Assembly (NCBI GenBank): GCA_036172245.1
Contig: JAYWIR010000026.1
Span: forward strand, 496,001 to 560,000
Origin: Raillietiella orientalis
Taxonomy: Eukaryota
DNA: 64,000 nucleotides
Reading direction: 5' to 3'
Made by a program: the position numbers and the translations under genes. Below the pieces are notes generated by a model. The model saw only the letters and a program-made list of their open reading frames with translations. It had not been told where the DNA came from and searched no databases. Below, one piece after another: positions 52,076-64,000 of this stretch (positions are counted from its first letter, which is position 1; each line of letters opens with the position of its first letter).

Positions 52076-54330
52076 CTATTTTACTGGCTTTTTCGTTTTG
52101 AATAAATCATCGGCGTAGAAAGTAATGTTAAATCGATTTGAGTATCCAGCACATTCCTTTAAATCGATGTTCTCTTGAGCTGCAAATAGACAATCGTCGT
52201 TTAGAACGGAACTAGGGACTGTCCTGTTGAGATGGCGCAACTGAATGGCATGCAGCAAATGGCTTGAAATTAGCAATCGTGCCAATTAAGCTGGCACCCA
52301 GCGAATCACTAAGAACACTGGTGACAAATTCAAACAGTTCGCAGTCGGGTGTAACCCCGAAAGTGTGCTTGAATGAGCGTTCGCAAAAACGAAATGCCAA
52401 AACCTTTCGGTGGATCCAATTACTGTCCAGCATTCTCCATGCCACATCAAGTATTCGTTCACTGAGACCTAAGGGACTGCTCCTCACTATGGAGGACAAC
52501 ACCTGCAGGCCGGGTACGGAGACACTTGATCCCCATCCCTCGTCGTCCGCAGCCGCACCCTGTTGTTCCATAACCAAGGTGTCCAGACGAAGGCAAAACG
52601 CGTGAAGCGTGCCTTGCACTGTAGGACAACTGGATCCGGTCAACATCTTTCTGATGATGAGCACCTCTTCGGTTAGCTGTTCATACCGTCTCATGAGCTC
52701 ATGGTGCCCAGAGTAAGGGCTTATCAGCACGAAAGGCAAGTCCCACGCATAATGATGTAAATACTGGGCAGTCTCAAATCTCGACCAGGTCTTCTCGGTC
52801 TTGAAATTTATGTCACCGTTTCCAGAGTGCATTTCCCTATTGTGGGCTTCTGCAACTGCATGGAGGTCACGGTCTCCGTTCTCTACTGACCAACAAAGAA
52901 TTTCGCGGTGTAGGACGTCTGATGTTGTTTCAGAATAATTAATGGCGCCGGGGATCCCAACCAGAGGGAGGTTCAACCCCACGGGATTCGTACGAACCAA
53001 CAACCGCTGACACACACATCAGTGGCAGACACGGTTAAGCTCACAGGAACGGCGCCACAAGGACGAGGAGAATGCTCTCCCAAAGTGAGTCAACCGGTCT
53101 CCCGGAATATGCAGGGGTGTGGGGCCCAACGCCTCCTCGCTGGGTTTCTCCACACTCTTGGGGGCTAGGGGCAACTTCGGCCCCTCTCGCTTAATCCATA
53201 AAGTCAAGCTCGACAGCTACCGAGAGACGATGACACGCCCGGTGCTGCGAGCGGGGAGACCATGGTGTCGTACGGCTATTTGCTCCCCCAAATAGCCACA
53301 CATCCTTGTCCTGCGCCAGGAGAGTCCGGCAGACCGCGATGACAAAGCGACTTTCAGAGGGACCCTTATTCACAAAGCGGAATACACGCTTATCACCACT
53401 GATCTGCGTGGCGAACTTGACGGCCCGCTGTCATAACGAGGGCTTGATCTTCGAGTCTCCAAGAGGAGCCATGGGTGATGGTTCGCTTCCCCCTGGTGTC
53501 ACCTCCTCACCACCACTGGAGTTGCAATCCTGAGGCTCACTCTTCTTCCTCGTGGGCAAGATCGTGACCCCGCGGAGTTCCCCCTCCGCAGGCCCTGTGT
53601 CCGGTCATTCATTCGCTTGATAAGGGAGTCGGGCACCCCGCCCGTTAGGCGCTCCGACGTGTGCACTCTATCCAAACTAAGGAGTGAGAACCTCGTAATG
53701 AGGTGGTCCTCCAGAGACGAGCCTAAGTTAGAGGTGGTGCGCACCTCAACGCCAATAGGGCTAATGACGGATCTCAACAGTCTTCTCGGCTTTCTCTACG
53801 TCCACCGTGTACCGCTTTTTTTCAGGAAGGGTAAACCTGACCGTCTTCGGTGTTTTCTAGGGGATACCCCAACCCCGTCCGTATGTACGCTCTCGGTGGC
53901 GCACCCCGTAGCACGTTCGGGAACCTTGGCGGGAACTTCCGACCCCATCCCGGCTCCCTCCCCAAACTCCGCCTTCTCTGGGACTCCATTTTAGTCAGGG
54001 AAAGTCGATTCTGCCCCTACCTCGAGTCTAAGCCGCTTCAGCACCGGTAGCAGAGCGCTGAAGACCCGGGTGCAGCGGAGTTGCCCATTTTTTTTTTCTA
54101 AAATTACTCTACTCAGTTCCCGGGAGGCTATATCGAACTGCATGAGGTTCCGTGCAGTGCTTAGGTCGTATAGCACTGCCCGAGCAATTTCGCCCACCCA
54201 CGAGGCGCTGAGATCCCTGCGAGCTCGCTGGCCCACAATGGGCTCAGCTCGGCCTTCGAATGAGGAAGAGCAGCCATCACATTCGACTCTCAATTCGGGC
54301 GTCCACTGTGCAAATTGTAAATACATTGCT
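52076..54330 (-). pseudogene. Unidentified coding relic, copy A (possibly viral)
   Basis: ORFs 53991-54326 and 52212-53015 are homologous at protein level to copy B (WVGEIARAVLYDLS; HELMRRYEQLTEEVLIIRKMLTGS); no introns seen. Confidence 0.55.
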
Positions 54331-54449
54331 CATAATTCACCAGCTCTGTTATCATCCGGAGCAGATGCCGAATCAGATCATGTCCTAAATTGTAGAGAGG
54401 GTCGCTCATCACTGCTTTCCTCAGCATATTCCGGCTAATCAATCCTTTA

Positions 54450-56660
54450 ATTCTTATTGTCAAAGGGACGATCCAAAACGTCTAATCCTTAAGCTCTGCG
54501 TTCTGGTCAGGTGAGTTCTAAAATAAGTGTTGTCTGAAAAAATCTCATTGATCACCCTGACGTTTCTAAAGGTTTGAGAGGGCTCTCGTAGCATTATGGC
54601 GAGTCTTTCGATAATTAGATCCCTCGTTTTTGTATACAAAACTAACACTACCAGAACAAACACACACAATCTTATGAATGTCACTCATGTTTTGGAATAG
54701 AAACTGAAATTTAGACGTTGTTTGGTCTTCTACAATAGAGATCGAACGCTGAATAATTGGGTCTTTGCAACAGACCGAAGAGAACTGGTACTTAAGTGCA
54801 TCAGGTTTTTGATAGCTATGAAAACTATTATAATTCAGTTCCAATGAATATCCTGCATGCTGACGTTGTGGAATTTTAATTTCTTTAATCTGTTCTTCCG
54901 AAAAGGTTCATGCAACGATTTTTTTCTTCGAAAATTAAGAAATTCCAAAGATGAATCCCAATGAATGAATTTCCAATTCTGTGGGCCGTTGAATACCGCT
55001 GAACCTCGACTGACTGGGAATTCAGCTCTGGATGTGCTCCATCCCCAGGGATGGGATGCATTCTATCGGTAGGTGGTTCTCTTCTGTCATTAGCTCCTGC
55101 TAGTTTTCTAACAGGATGAGCAAGGTTTAGCATCCATCGTTATAGAGGATTCAGCAGCTATAACCTGCTGCATCACTTGGTCTTTATCATCATGTGGTCT
55201 TCTGACATTGCAGACAAGCGTTCAGATCCGCCAGATTAATGAGACAAATTGGAGTTCACAACTGCTATCACACGGCAATTTGGATAACCTGCTGGTATCC
55301 AAATCTGCTTCCAGCTCTTGAGTCTGCAGTGGGTGTATTTCGCTCATGAGGGCTAGCAGCAAAGTTGGAAATTTATGAATCGTTTAACTGTTATTCTCGT
55401 TTGTGGTCCCCGCATCTCTTCAGCATGGCCAAAGCACATCCCGGAGCATATCATTCACAAGGATGGATATTCTGGCATAAGCTTTCATCAAGAAAATGTC
55501 TTCGGAACCACTACCATGGACTTTTCTGGACTCTGTTTCGACGCCGGTGACGATGGTAACGAACATGGTCAATTAGTAGTGCTCATCGGCAGCCTTGGAG
55601 AGGACACGAGGGAGTACGCAACCCTTTTACAAGAGAATATACCGTCTATCAGCATGCGGATGGGACCCAGACGATACAAAATTCATAAGCAAGAGGATCC
55701 TCAATATTTCTGTGTGCATTCATCTCCTTGCTTGTTGAGTGGGAGAAATGTCCACCGTATGCATGCGTATACAACTGCTACTGACGACATCTCCTCAGGT
55801 AATCAATATTGCGCCCTTCAATCCAGAATATCCAAGAGATTTTTGGTTTTTCGTATAATGGGAGTCTTCATTAAGCTGTGGTGGACATGGGCAGGAAAAA
55901 CAAGAAGGATCGGAGCAGAAAGCATTTTCTCTTTCTGGAGAATCCGAGGCATGAAGGAATGAAAACATTGCTTTTGTTGGTGATCGCATTTCTACATGAT
56001 AGTTGGGCTTCCACGCCTTGGGCTTTGAACGGAGTTGCAACTCTTTTACTCAGGGGGTTTTAAAGCCTACAAGTTGATGAGCAGATGCTTCGTATCACAC
56101 ATCAGAATTCACAGACAGAATGACACAAGTGAAGTAAGCAGCCAAGGAGTCAGGTGACGCACGATCTGTCCGCGATGATAGATGAGGCATTTCGCAGTCA
56201 CTGAAGTATGGAGGAGCAAATGCTGCTTCGACGGTTGAAAGCACGCTATGTGCCATTAGTTAATTGGCTGCTTGATAGTTTAACGCCCCAAAACGCTGTA
56301 AATCACGATAATAAGCTGCAAATAATAAGCTCCTTTCTAACCTTATGTTCTCAATGATCTTCAAATAATGTCCATTTAAGAGAAGGTGCCATCGAACCTT
56401 CTCTGTCTTTCTAGCTGCATGAGTCAGCACTTCCATTGGTACTCGAACTTCACTCCCTTCTCAGAAAAATCCATTAAGAAGTAGGTACCTTGAAGAAGAG
56501 TAGATCTTGGTTTTATCGAGTTCAGCTGCTTGTTCCTTCCATGTTTAATAAGTAATTGAGAAATGCCAATCTGTTGCTGTCTGTGTCTTCTTTTCGCTAT
56601 TGCTGTGCTCAGCCACCTGCCCAGCAAGATCTACGACACCAGTTGTCGTGGCTTCTTCAA
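54450..56660 (-). pseudogene. Endogenous negative-strand RNA virus L fragment: CR IV, capping (PRNTase) and methyltransferase region
   Basis: EATTTGV..LLGRWLST (~56650-56600), KGV...PME (~56450), VLGR*T (GxxT, ~56278-56297), GQIVRH (~56160), CFSC...LNED (~55880), TTSK...IVCVCSGS (~54720-54650; GxGxG-like), in L-protein order. Confidence 0.6.
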
Positions 56661-58085
56661 AGAATTACCGCCTCACGGGCAAACTGCCTCACGATTCGTG
56701 ACGGCAAGTCTGGGTGCAGTGCACCAGCAAGCGGCTCGGGTACTTTGCCTATCTCAAGCAGGTGATCATCGGTCAAGCCGGCGGCTGAAATACCGTTGCC
56801 TAACAATCCCACTGATGTCATCCATTCGTTGCCTCCCCACGAGGTCTCGACGGTTGAGTTCTCTCGACCCGGGAGAGTACACGCTGAGTCGGAGAGCTGC
56901 TCTTCCCAACCGCCTTCCTCAAAACCTCGGTCCTGGGACTCCTGGATGTAAAGTCCTCCTGCGTAGACTGTAGGAGTGTAGCGTGCCCTGCACGGTAGAG
57001 CACCGACGGACCCAGTGAGCGTGCCCCTGATAATCTGGACTTCTTCCGCAAGCTGTTCGTGGCGTCTGAGCAGTTCCTGCGTGCCAGAATGGAGCCTCAG
57101 AACCGCCGCCTCTCTGTCGCAGGCGTGGTGATGCAACTCCTGAGCGCTTGGGAAAGTGTTGGAAACCCACACTCACCAACTTTTGGCTGGTGAGTGTGGA
57201 TTTCGCACGGGGCTCATTTGCTCCTTCTCCCTCTTGCCTCCTCTTTCTCAGTTGGGGGTCTTTCTGAACTTCTTTCCCCTTCTCGCCAGGCCTCACCGCT
57301 TGACGCCTAACAAAGACGGTGGACTCTAGCGGAATATTCCGTCATGACTGGTCACCACATGGTTGATGTCTAGGTCCCAGGTTATAGCTCCCGTGGCATT
57401 GGCCTGACTGTGGCCTTGATTTTTCCACATCCAAGCTAAGCGAACCTCCTCACGGCGAGGTCGTGCCGAGACATTGCGTCTATGATTTCGTTCCTAAGGC
57501 TACGAAGGCGTGAGTCGTAGACGGTCGCAATCAACTCACGCTCAGCCGTTATGACGTTGCCGTCAAGGCTTTCCAAAGTGACATCCTCGAAGCTCATTGC
57601 CTTCCTTTGAGGTTCTTTGGTCTTAGTCCGGGGGTTAATGTCCCCTTTATCTTAAGTTTTGCAGTCTCCGCAACGGAGCTCCTGGAGTCGACATTCGTTG
57701 GTACTGCCTGTGGAGTGTTGGGGTCTGCGGTCTGCTTAAGAGCTTCGTCCTCGTCCTCAAGGCGGTCCTCTAGTTCGCCTTGAGGACGTCCTCATGCCTC
57801 TCAGGACGGACCTGAGCGTACTTAAAACGCGAGCACACCGCAGATGCCCTCCTTTATCTTCAAGTATTAACTTTCTCTTTCTGTTTCTGTTTAACTTTCT
57901 GTTTAACGGCTTCATCTAAGCCAGAAAATGTGCACGCGCAACTCAGATCTGCGAGTCGCGCCTCGGCAATTTCCCTCACCCACAAGGCGCCGATCCGAGT
58001 GAGTGTGAGGTGCCAAAACTGATCACCTCCCGGGTCCGTCGAAGGCCGAGCACTCATTGCCCTATTCATTCCTTCTTTCGGTCGG
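56660..58085 (-). pseudogene. Unidentified coding relic, copy B (possibly viral)
   Basis: LWVREIAEARLADLS (~57990-57940) and QELLRRHEQLAEEVQIIRGTLTGS (~57080-57010) align to copy A. Confidence 0.55.
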
Positions 58086-58086
58086 A

Positions 58087-58821
58087 TTCCCAAAGGCAGC
58101 AGCATGATTGATTGCTTCACTTTCATGTTCGAGGCTTGGTAGCAGTATCTCTCGTATTTATCTCTCGGTGTCATGTCATCTGTCACGGCCTGGTCAGCAT
58201 AAAAGTAGTCGTAGAGTTTCCTATTTTCCTATTATCCCTGTGCTATGTGCTCTTGCGGACCATCATGCACGATGCATTAACCTTATCTTCTTCTAGCTGC
58301 TGGACAATTTTCCATAGTTTCGGTCTTGTACAAATGGACATCGAATAGGCAATTGACCTTATGAAGAGTCCGGTGAGCGTATCGTGGGCTGTCGAATGCT
58401 CTCGACATTTCGGAACCAACCTTTCTGCGAAAAGGTCAGCCACTACCTGAGGGGGGACTTTCTTGCTTTCCACGGTTTGTAATGCTTGCGTTACGCGCTC
58501 CGTATTGGCACACAAATGTCACACACCTCTGTGTAGAGCGTGCACGCCGAATGAGTTGCTGCTATTTCTCCTGAGCGGAGATGAGACACAGAGCAAGGAT
58601 GGAGACTCACCGTCCGCGAGATGCACGGCTGCACCGGGGATGAGCCGATCGGCCCCCCTTGGGTGGCAGTGGTGCTCTTCAGCCGTTTGACCAAAGTGTG
58701 GTGACGGCGAGATGCATTCCTTGGCAACCAAACGATCAATGACGCGTCACGCGGAGCTCCCTGAATCTCCTTCTGCGTGGCATCAGGGATGATTCCCTTC
58801 ACTCTGCCTACATATCTGGCA
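58087..58821 (-). mobile_element. MULE-type transposase fragment (copy 2, inverted)
   Basis: 735 bp, ungapped reverse complement of 23110-23844, about 9 substitutions by eye. Confidence 0.85.
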
Positions 58822-58824
58822 AGC

Positions 58825-60245
58825 GCAATAATTATGTCAACAGGTATGTGCTTCGAAAACACGCTGCGTGCTGTCGGCACGTAGATAATCCACTTTAGGA
58901 AGTGCATTTTACACTCATAGGTATAAAAGACAATCTTATCATAAGGAACCTATATCAGCGCGTTGATTCGAAATCGAAAAATGCTCTCCTGAAAAATTTC
59001 TGCACATTAAGTTCATCGGATATATTCAGTTATCCCATGTTGTCACCAATACCATTCCTGTGCCATGGTCTTGCAGACCAATTCAGCATTTGCAACACGG
59101 TTTCGTACAATGTCACTATATGGTAAGTGTACAGAAAAATACCGCACGACTGGACCGTGGAAGGGATGGGCTTTTACCACCGGATGGCATCCTCAGCTGG
59201 ATAGTGACTATCTTTAACAGCATCCTTGAACCCACTGACACGGCTCCCTGCAACTTGGCTGCCTTGGACGCGTGCGTGGGAAGCTTCGACTGGTGTCATG
59301 GCAACGTCGCATTGCTGTGGTTTTCCACCCGAGTAAGCCGAAGCTTTTATTATTAAAATTTTTACATAGAAAAATTCCATAATGAAGTCATCTTTTTGGT
59401 CTTTTTGGCTTTTGTTCTTCAGTCAGAACACATCGTTCTGATTGCCTTGAGGCACTTGTCCTTACCGACCCGCAGGCCGGAAAGGTCCTCATTGCTGTGG
59501 AAGAAAGAGCGAGTAGCGCCCCAGCGTTGCTGTGGTTCCCTTCTTGCCTTCCTATTAATTACTTTTCGTATTCTTGGGTATACTTCATTTGCATCTTTTA
59601 ACAGTCTTGATATACTTTGATACCTTGACTAAACTAAATTGTTACATTTCTTTATCATGAAATGAAATATTCAGTGACACCGAATTCTCATCAAGTTCAA
59701 TTATTGACCCAGTATCAGCAGTTCTATCAAGGCAGTCTAAGAAACCTTCAACTCGTTCTTTCATTTTATGATCACATGCCTGAAAGTAAGCAGGTAAGGG
59801 GATATTTGTGGTCCAGAACAGGAATCATGAATCTGCAGACTGGTTATCACCTTGTCCGATAATGTATCTCTTTATACCTATTCTTCTCTCTATTAAGAAA
59901 GTGAAATGCAGTTGTCGCTAATGTCCGCCCTTCATAGTGCCACCCCTTCAACTCATCTGGATGTCAAAACCAGTATCTCACTTCCTGCTGGACTTCATTC
60001 TGGGTCATTTCGAAAAAGCATTCGGGCGGATTTCGGTCAGCAGCAAGGATGATCATAGATTCTTCGAAGTATTGGCGTGTCTATGTGCATAGTCCGGTTG
60101 TACGAAATATATCATCAGTTGATTGGAAAATGGGATGTACAAATATCCAACTCCAACACATTCCAGCTCTTTCATCAATCCCTCACCTGCTGACGGAGTC
60201 CTTATGCGAGGGCTCCAGGGTGAAGACATACAACTTCTGGGGCGA
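58825..60245 (-). pseudogene. Endogenous Mononegavirales/chuvirus-like L RdRp core, copy 1
   Basis: Motif A GID.KSWN (~60183-60160), motif B VEGVA.KG.TLAT (~59953-59915), motif C IIGQGDNQ (GQGDNQ 59857-59840), motif D GSIIELDENSVS...DKEM (~59711-59645), SRLLKDANEVYP (~59610-59576). Confidence 0.85.
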
Positions 60246-60249
60246 CTAT

Positions 60250-62000
60250 ACAATCATTAACGGTTTTCTCCCTCTGTAATTAGCACTTGTGCAAGGGTTC
60301 CCTTTTGTTCTGCTGGCGTTCTTCCTGTTCAAAGCTTTCGTAAGAAACCAAATTTGCAGATGGTATTTTTTTTCGAGGCAGTGCAGTTCTTGTTGGCACT
60401 GCTTCTCGGGTTTGCTCCTTTGCTTCGGCGCTTTCGTTTGGCTACTGCTCATACTATATATTGGTCGTGTACAAATACATCCTTCAGTCTTGGGGGTTCC
60501 ATCTCTTAAAGGTGCTCTCCGATAGAGTATCGCAGTGGAGGCAACGTATTTTGTTTCTTCTTCCACTTCATCAAGTGGGAGAGCCACTCTCGAGAGCAGG
60601 TTAAAGTGGTCCTCTTCGTGTTTCCGCTCCACTCCTGAGAAGGGTTTCATATCAAAGTCACCTTTGATGCTCGCATGCCCTTACTGTATCACCAAATATC
60701 TCCTTTCCCCGTCAAAAACTGGCCGAATCGCTTATGTTTTTCTGCAGCAGGCATCAATTGGGGAGCATCGCTGCCGTCATCCGAATTTGCAGCGCTCTTT
60801 TGCCTCTGTTTCTGAAACCATGTTGGAACGCAGGTGGTTCGTACAGTGGCAAAGATAAGTTTTCTTGAAGACACTGTTCAGTATCGCTCGGGAGTTTCTC
60901 TAATATCTCAAAGTTTCCCAAGGAAGTTTATCTTTTGCACGCTGCGTACCACGTTTTCCCGTCGGTGAGACGGTAAGCTGTTCTTTGGGGGACTTTCATC
61001 AAAAGTGCTCACATCAAAATGAATTTGTGATCATAGACTTCTCCTTCCACTCTCATTCGCAAATTAACTGATTCATGTGGTTTTCTTGTGATGTTTTTTC
61101 TGATGGTGAATTAACTAATCAGTGTGAGTTCAATGCCTCCTGACAATATTGGTTTAGGGTGCCGTCTGAATCACCAAACGACATCGTTGGTTATTGTGAC
61201 ACTGGCTGCTTGCTCTGTCCAAGAAATTGAATAGTGATGTGGAATTTCGGAGATTCCTACCAGCAGAGAATAAATCTCAGAGGAGGAATGAGTAGAGTAC
61301 TCTGTTAAAAGGATGGTTTTCCGAATCATTCCGGGTGAGGCCAGTTGGCAACTTTTATGCACCGGGAGCTGTAAAGATTGTTTGCTCTGTTACTTTCGTT
61401 CACCCAATCTTGAGCAAGAAATCGTTTGGTCCACCAGCAAGCATGAGGGTCTAAAAATTGATATGGCATCGTGATTCTTTCCGTGGGTTCTTTGCATCAC
61501 CAAAGTTTCAATAGCACGTTGGGCGTTCCGAGGTCTTTAGGTCCAGAAATGGCAACGCAGTGAGGACAGTGTGTGAAGGGTATCCAAAACGAAGTCTTGC
61601 CGTTGAGTGCGAAGAAACCTTAGGTGTTTTGCATAATGGCAAGAAAAGTGAGTTGGGATTTCTTCGAAGGCCATTCGTTCCTATAGGGACGTCGTGTAAT
61701 ATCAAGGAGATTCTCGGATTAGTCTCAGTCTCCCATCGCAGCGTATTCCTTTTTCATGTTGTGAGGACAAAACGTTGTTCATACGCAGACCTTCGCCTGA
61801 GGCGTTCTCCCGGCATTGGATCTCTGATCGTTGGCTTATCCTCACGCTCTGATTTGCTTATCAGTTGCCTTTCGAGTCGTTGTGAAACTCCCTGGATATG
61901 ATGTTTTTAAATGAAACGTTAATTACTGCCTGCAAATCGGAATCAAAGAAACTGCTGTTCGACAGTGTGCGTTCAATGCCTTCTGTCGATCGTACACTAA
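60250..62000 (-). pseudogene. Endogenous L RdRp core, copy 2
   Basis: RLRFGYP (R.WGHP, ~61590), motif-A-like ~61060, FQKQRQK (motif B, ~60810), LTGKGDIW (60715-60692), LPLDEVEEETKYVASTAILYRRAPLRDG (motif D, cf. GL.IN.DET..S....YGK.P..RG). Confidence 0.75.
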
Positions 62001-62289
62001 AGTGTCTTACATGATTAGGAACTCAAACCATCACTTCATCAATACTACCTCTCAGACACATTTCATCACTCATCTACTTTACATTCTTCATTATATTCCC
62101 CCCCGTCTACACCACCAAAGGGACATGGAGAGGGTGCTGCCTTACTGGATGTTTGGGAAATTGGAGCAGCAAGGGAAAAGGACGAAATTGTTTGCATTTC
62201 AGCTTTTACCATCTTGCGAGAGAGGATCGCCGCGATGGAAGATGAAAATGTATTTGTGGGCCCCGTGAACTGGGCAGCAGCACCTACTA

Positions 62290-64000
62290 CTTCAAGGACA
62301 GAATTCGAAGGAGGATAGCATCGGAAGCAACTGATTCGAGTGTTCCTTCCAGAGGATCCGCGACTAAATCCGAGTGCGGTTGACCAAGCGCAGCCAGAAG
62401 GTATCCGTTTTCTTCGCTCTTATCATTTGCAAGCGGATTTCTGCATGGAGTTTTCTCTCCACTCGTGTAACTACAAGCTTTCACTTTTTTAAGGCATCGC
62501 ATATAGTGGGATGCGTTTAAGCCTCTCTAATTCTTGGTTGGCAGTGTATTCTAAGAATGCAATGAGCTCGTTTTATTGCATTCCATTTACACATTCACGC
62601 TCATTGATTTGATGACTCCTTTATGAGATGTGAGTGAATTCGGAGACTCATGTGCTGGCCATGCAGACAACTGTAGGATATCCATTTAATCTTCGAGGTG
62701 CAAGAGCAGCGTTGATGATAAGAAACATACTGCAGGACACTGTCCGTTTCGTCGATTTGCACATCAAGTCGAGAGGGCAAAACGGGGCACAGCAGTACTC
62801 TGCAAATGGGCATTCCTGGTTTCCAAGAGCTGATGGAAAAAACGAGACTTGGTCCAGTTGCGAGAACATACCACAGAATCTTCCGTGTGCCTCCATATCA
62901 GCTCTCTCCAACGCCTTCATGGGCACCAAAAACTCATACTCTTTCGCTGAAGAATCTTTTCAAATATAGAAACTCGGAGAAGTTGAAAAAAATGGGTTTA
63001 TGTTTTGCTGAGCTCTGATGCAAACTGCTTCCAAGTCTGACACGTGACGGTAAAAGTGTTGTCGGTAGCCGCTTCTGCTCTATCATTGCCCAAGTCAACG
63101 GGTTGAACACCATCATGGATAAGCCCCGCCGTGGCTGTTCTTTCTAATGATTGCGCGTATCGTCTCCTCTTCGCTTCGCTGCGCTAAACAGGGAAAATCT
63201 AATATTCATTGAACTATTCGTTGTACCTATTAAGTGTTTCGAGACCATTAGTCAAGTCATCCGCAGATACGACTTCGCTTGCGCAAGAGACTGAACCTTC
63301 TTCTATATTGTCTCAAATACTGGTAATCTGAGCATTTGTTAGTATGATGTACACAGTCGTGATGGGTAGGGCAAGAATTTTGGCCACCCGAAAGACTCCA
63401 CACACTTGTCCACAGCACTTTGTTAGATATGATTGCTGTATGCACTTTCTTTTCTGTCAATCTAAAGTTGAACCATATCGAATATCTCGCTGACGTGTCA
63501 GTCGTTTTTTTCTAGAGCTTCTTTTGTATCAGTTAGCTGCATTCATTCCAGAACAGTCACAGATCGTAATCAACTCTATGGTGATATCGTCTCCTGACCA
63601 TGTTTCCTTGATATTTTCGCCGGGTTCAATGTTGTTTGATTTAGCTGCAGCAGCATCTAGCCAGTTCCATTAGTGTTTTTCGTTTTTTACAACTTTTCTC
63701 ATCTTCATAGGTGAGTACTCCTCACTGATCTTGGGATATGGGAAAGTGCATATAGCAGTTTATCATGATCTTCCTTTGGGATCCCCCAAGACTAGAAAAT
63801 ATCTGCGTAGAGACAACTGCCTTCACATGAGTAACGTCTGCAACTTCATAAAACCGAGCTCTGATTATGCAAACCCTCAAGTGTTTCTGCAACCAGACCT
63901 TTCCATGTTCTCATCGGGTGGCAGAGTGCACTGTCCTTTGATGCACCTTTTGACCCAAGTTTCCTCTTCTGGAGAACATCTCGGAGGTCCAGCATTCTAC
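62290..64000 (-). pseudogene. Endogenous L RdRp core, copy 3 (may extend beyond window)
   Basis: GENIKE (~63615), RYSIWFNFR (motif A, 63487-63461), RGDD (63170-63159; one substitution from GDN), SEFLYLKRFF (motif D), LAPRRLNGYP (LP..LGG.P), LVADPL (~62360). Confidence 0.65.

Noticed and set aside
55375..55962. 195-aa plus-strand ORF
   Set aside because: Antisense to the L-like fossil; no motifs.

Overview
Eukaryotic (probably invertebrate; species not identifiable from sequence) repeat-dense window. No rRNA, tRNA or CRISPR seen. (1) 1-47.6 kb is mostly a graveyard of degenerate L1/Tx1-type non-LTR retrotransposons, plus one younger near-full-length copy (~29.1-34.5 kb, minus) and a 5'-truncated sister with a 17-bp TSD. 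It also holds piggyBac, Tigger/pogo and MULE remnants and ~1-kb AT-rich blocks that look foldback-like. (2) One convincing host gene: a 9-coding-exon, ~364-aa secreted pepsin-family (A1) protein at 43106-40004 (minus). Both catalytic Asp are replaced (YTQS, ETGS) and it has a predicted GC-AG intron. (3) 52-64 kb is a cluster of decayed endogenous negative-strand RNA virus L (RdRp) fragments: three separate polymerase cores, one with an intact GQGDNQ, plus a capping/MTase half. These are interleaved with two copies of an unidentified ORF family. Every recognisable element from ~43 to 64 kb is on the minus strand, as in a uni-strand small-RNA (piRNA-like) cluster. All calls come from by-eye motif recognition without database searches; relic boundaries are approximate.
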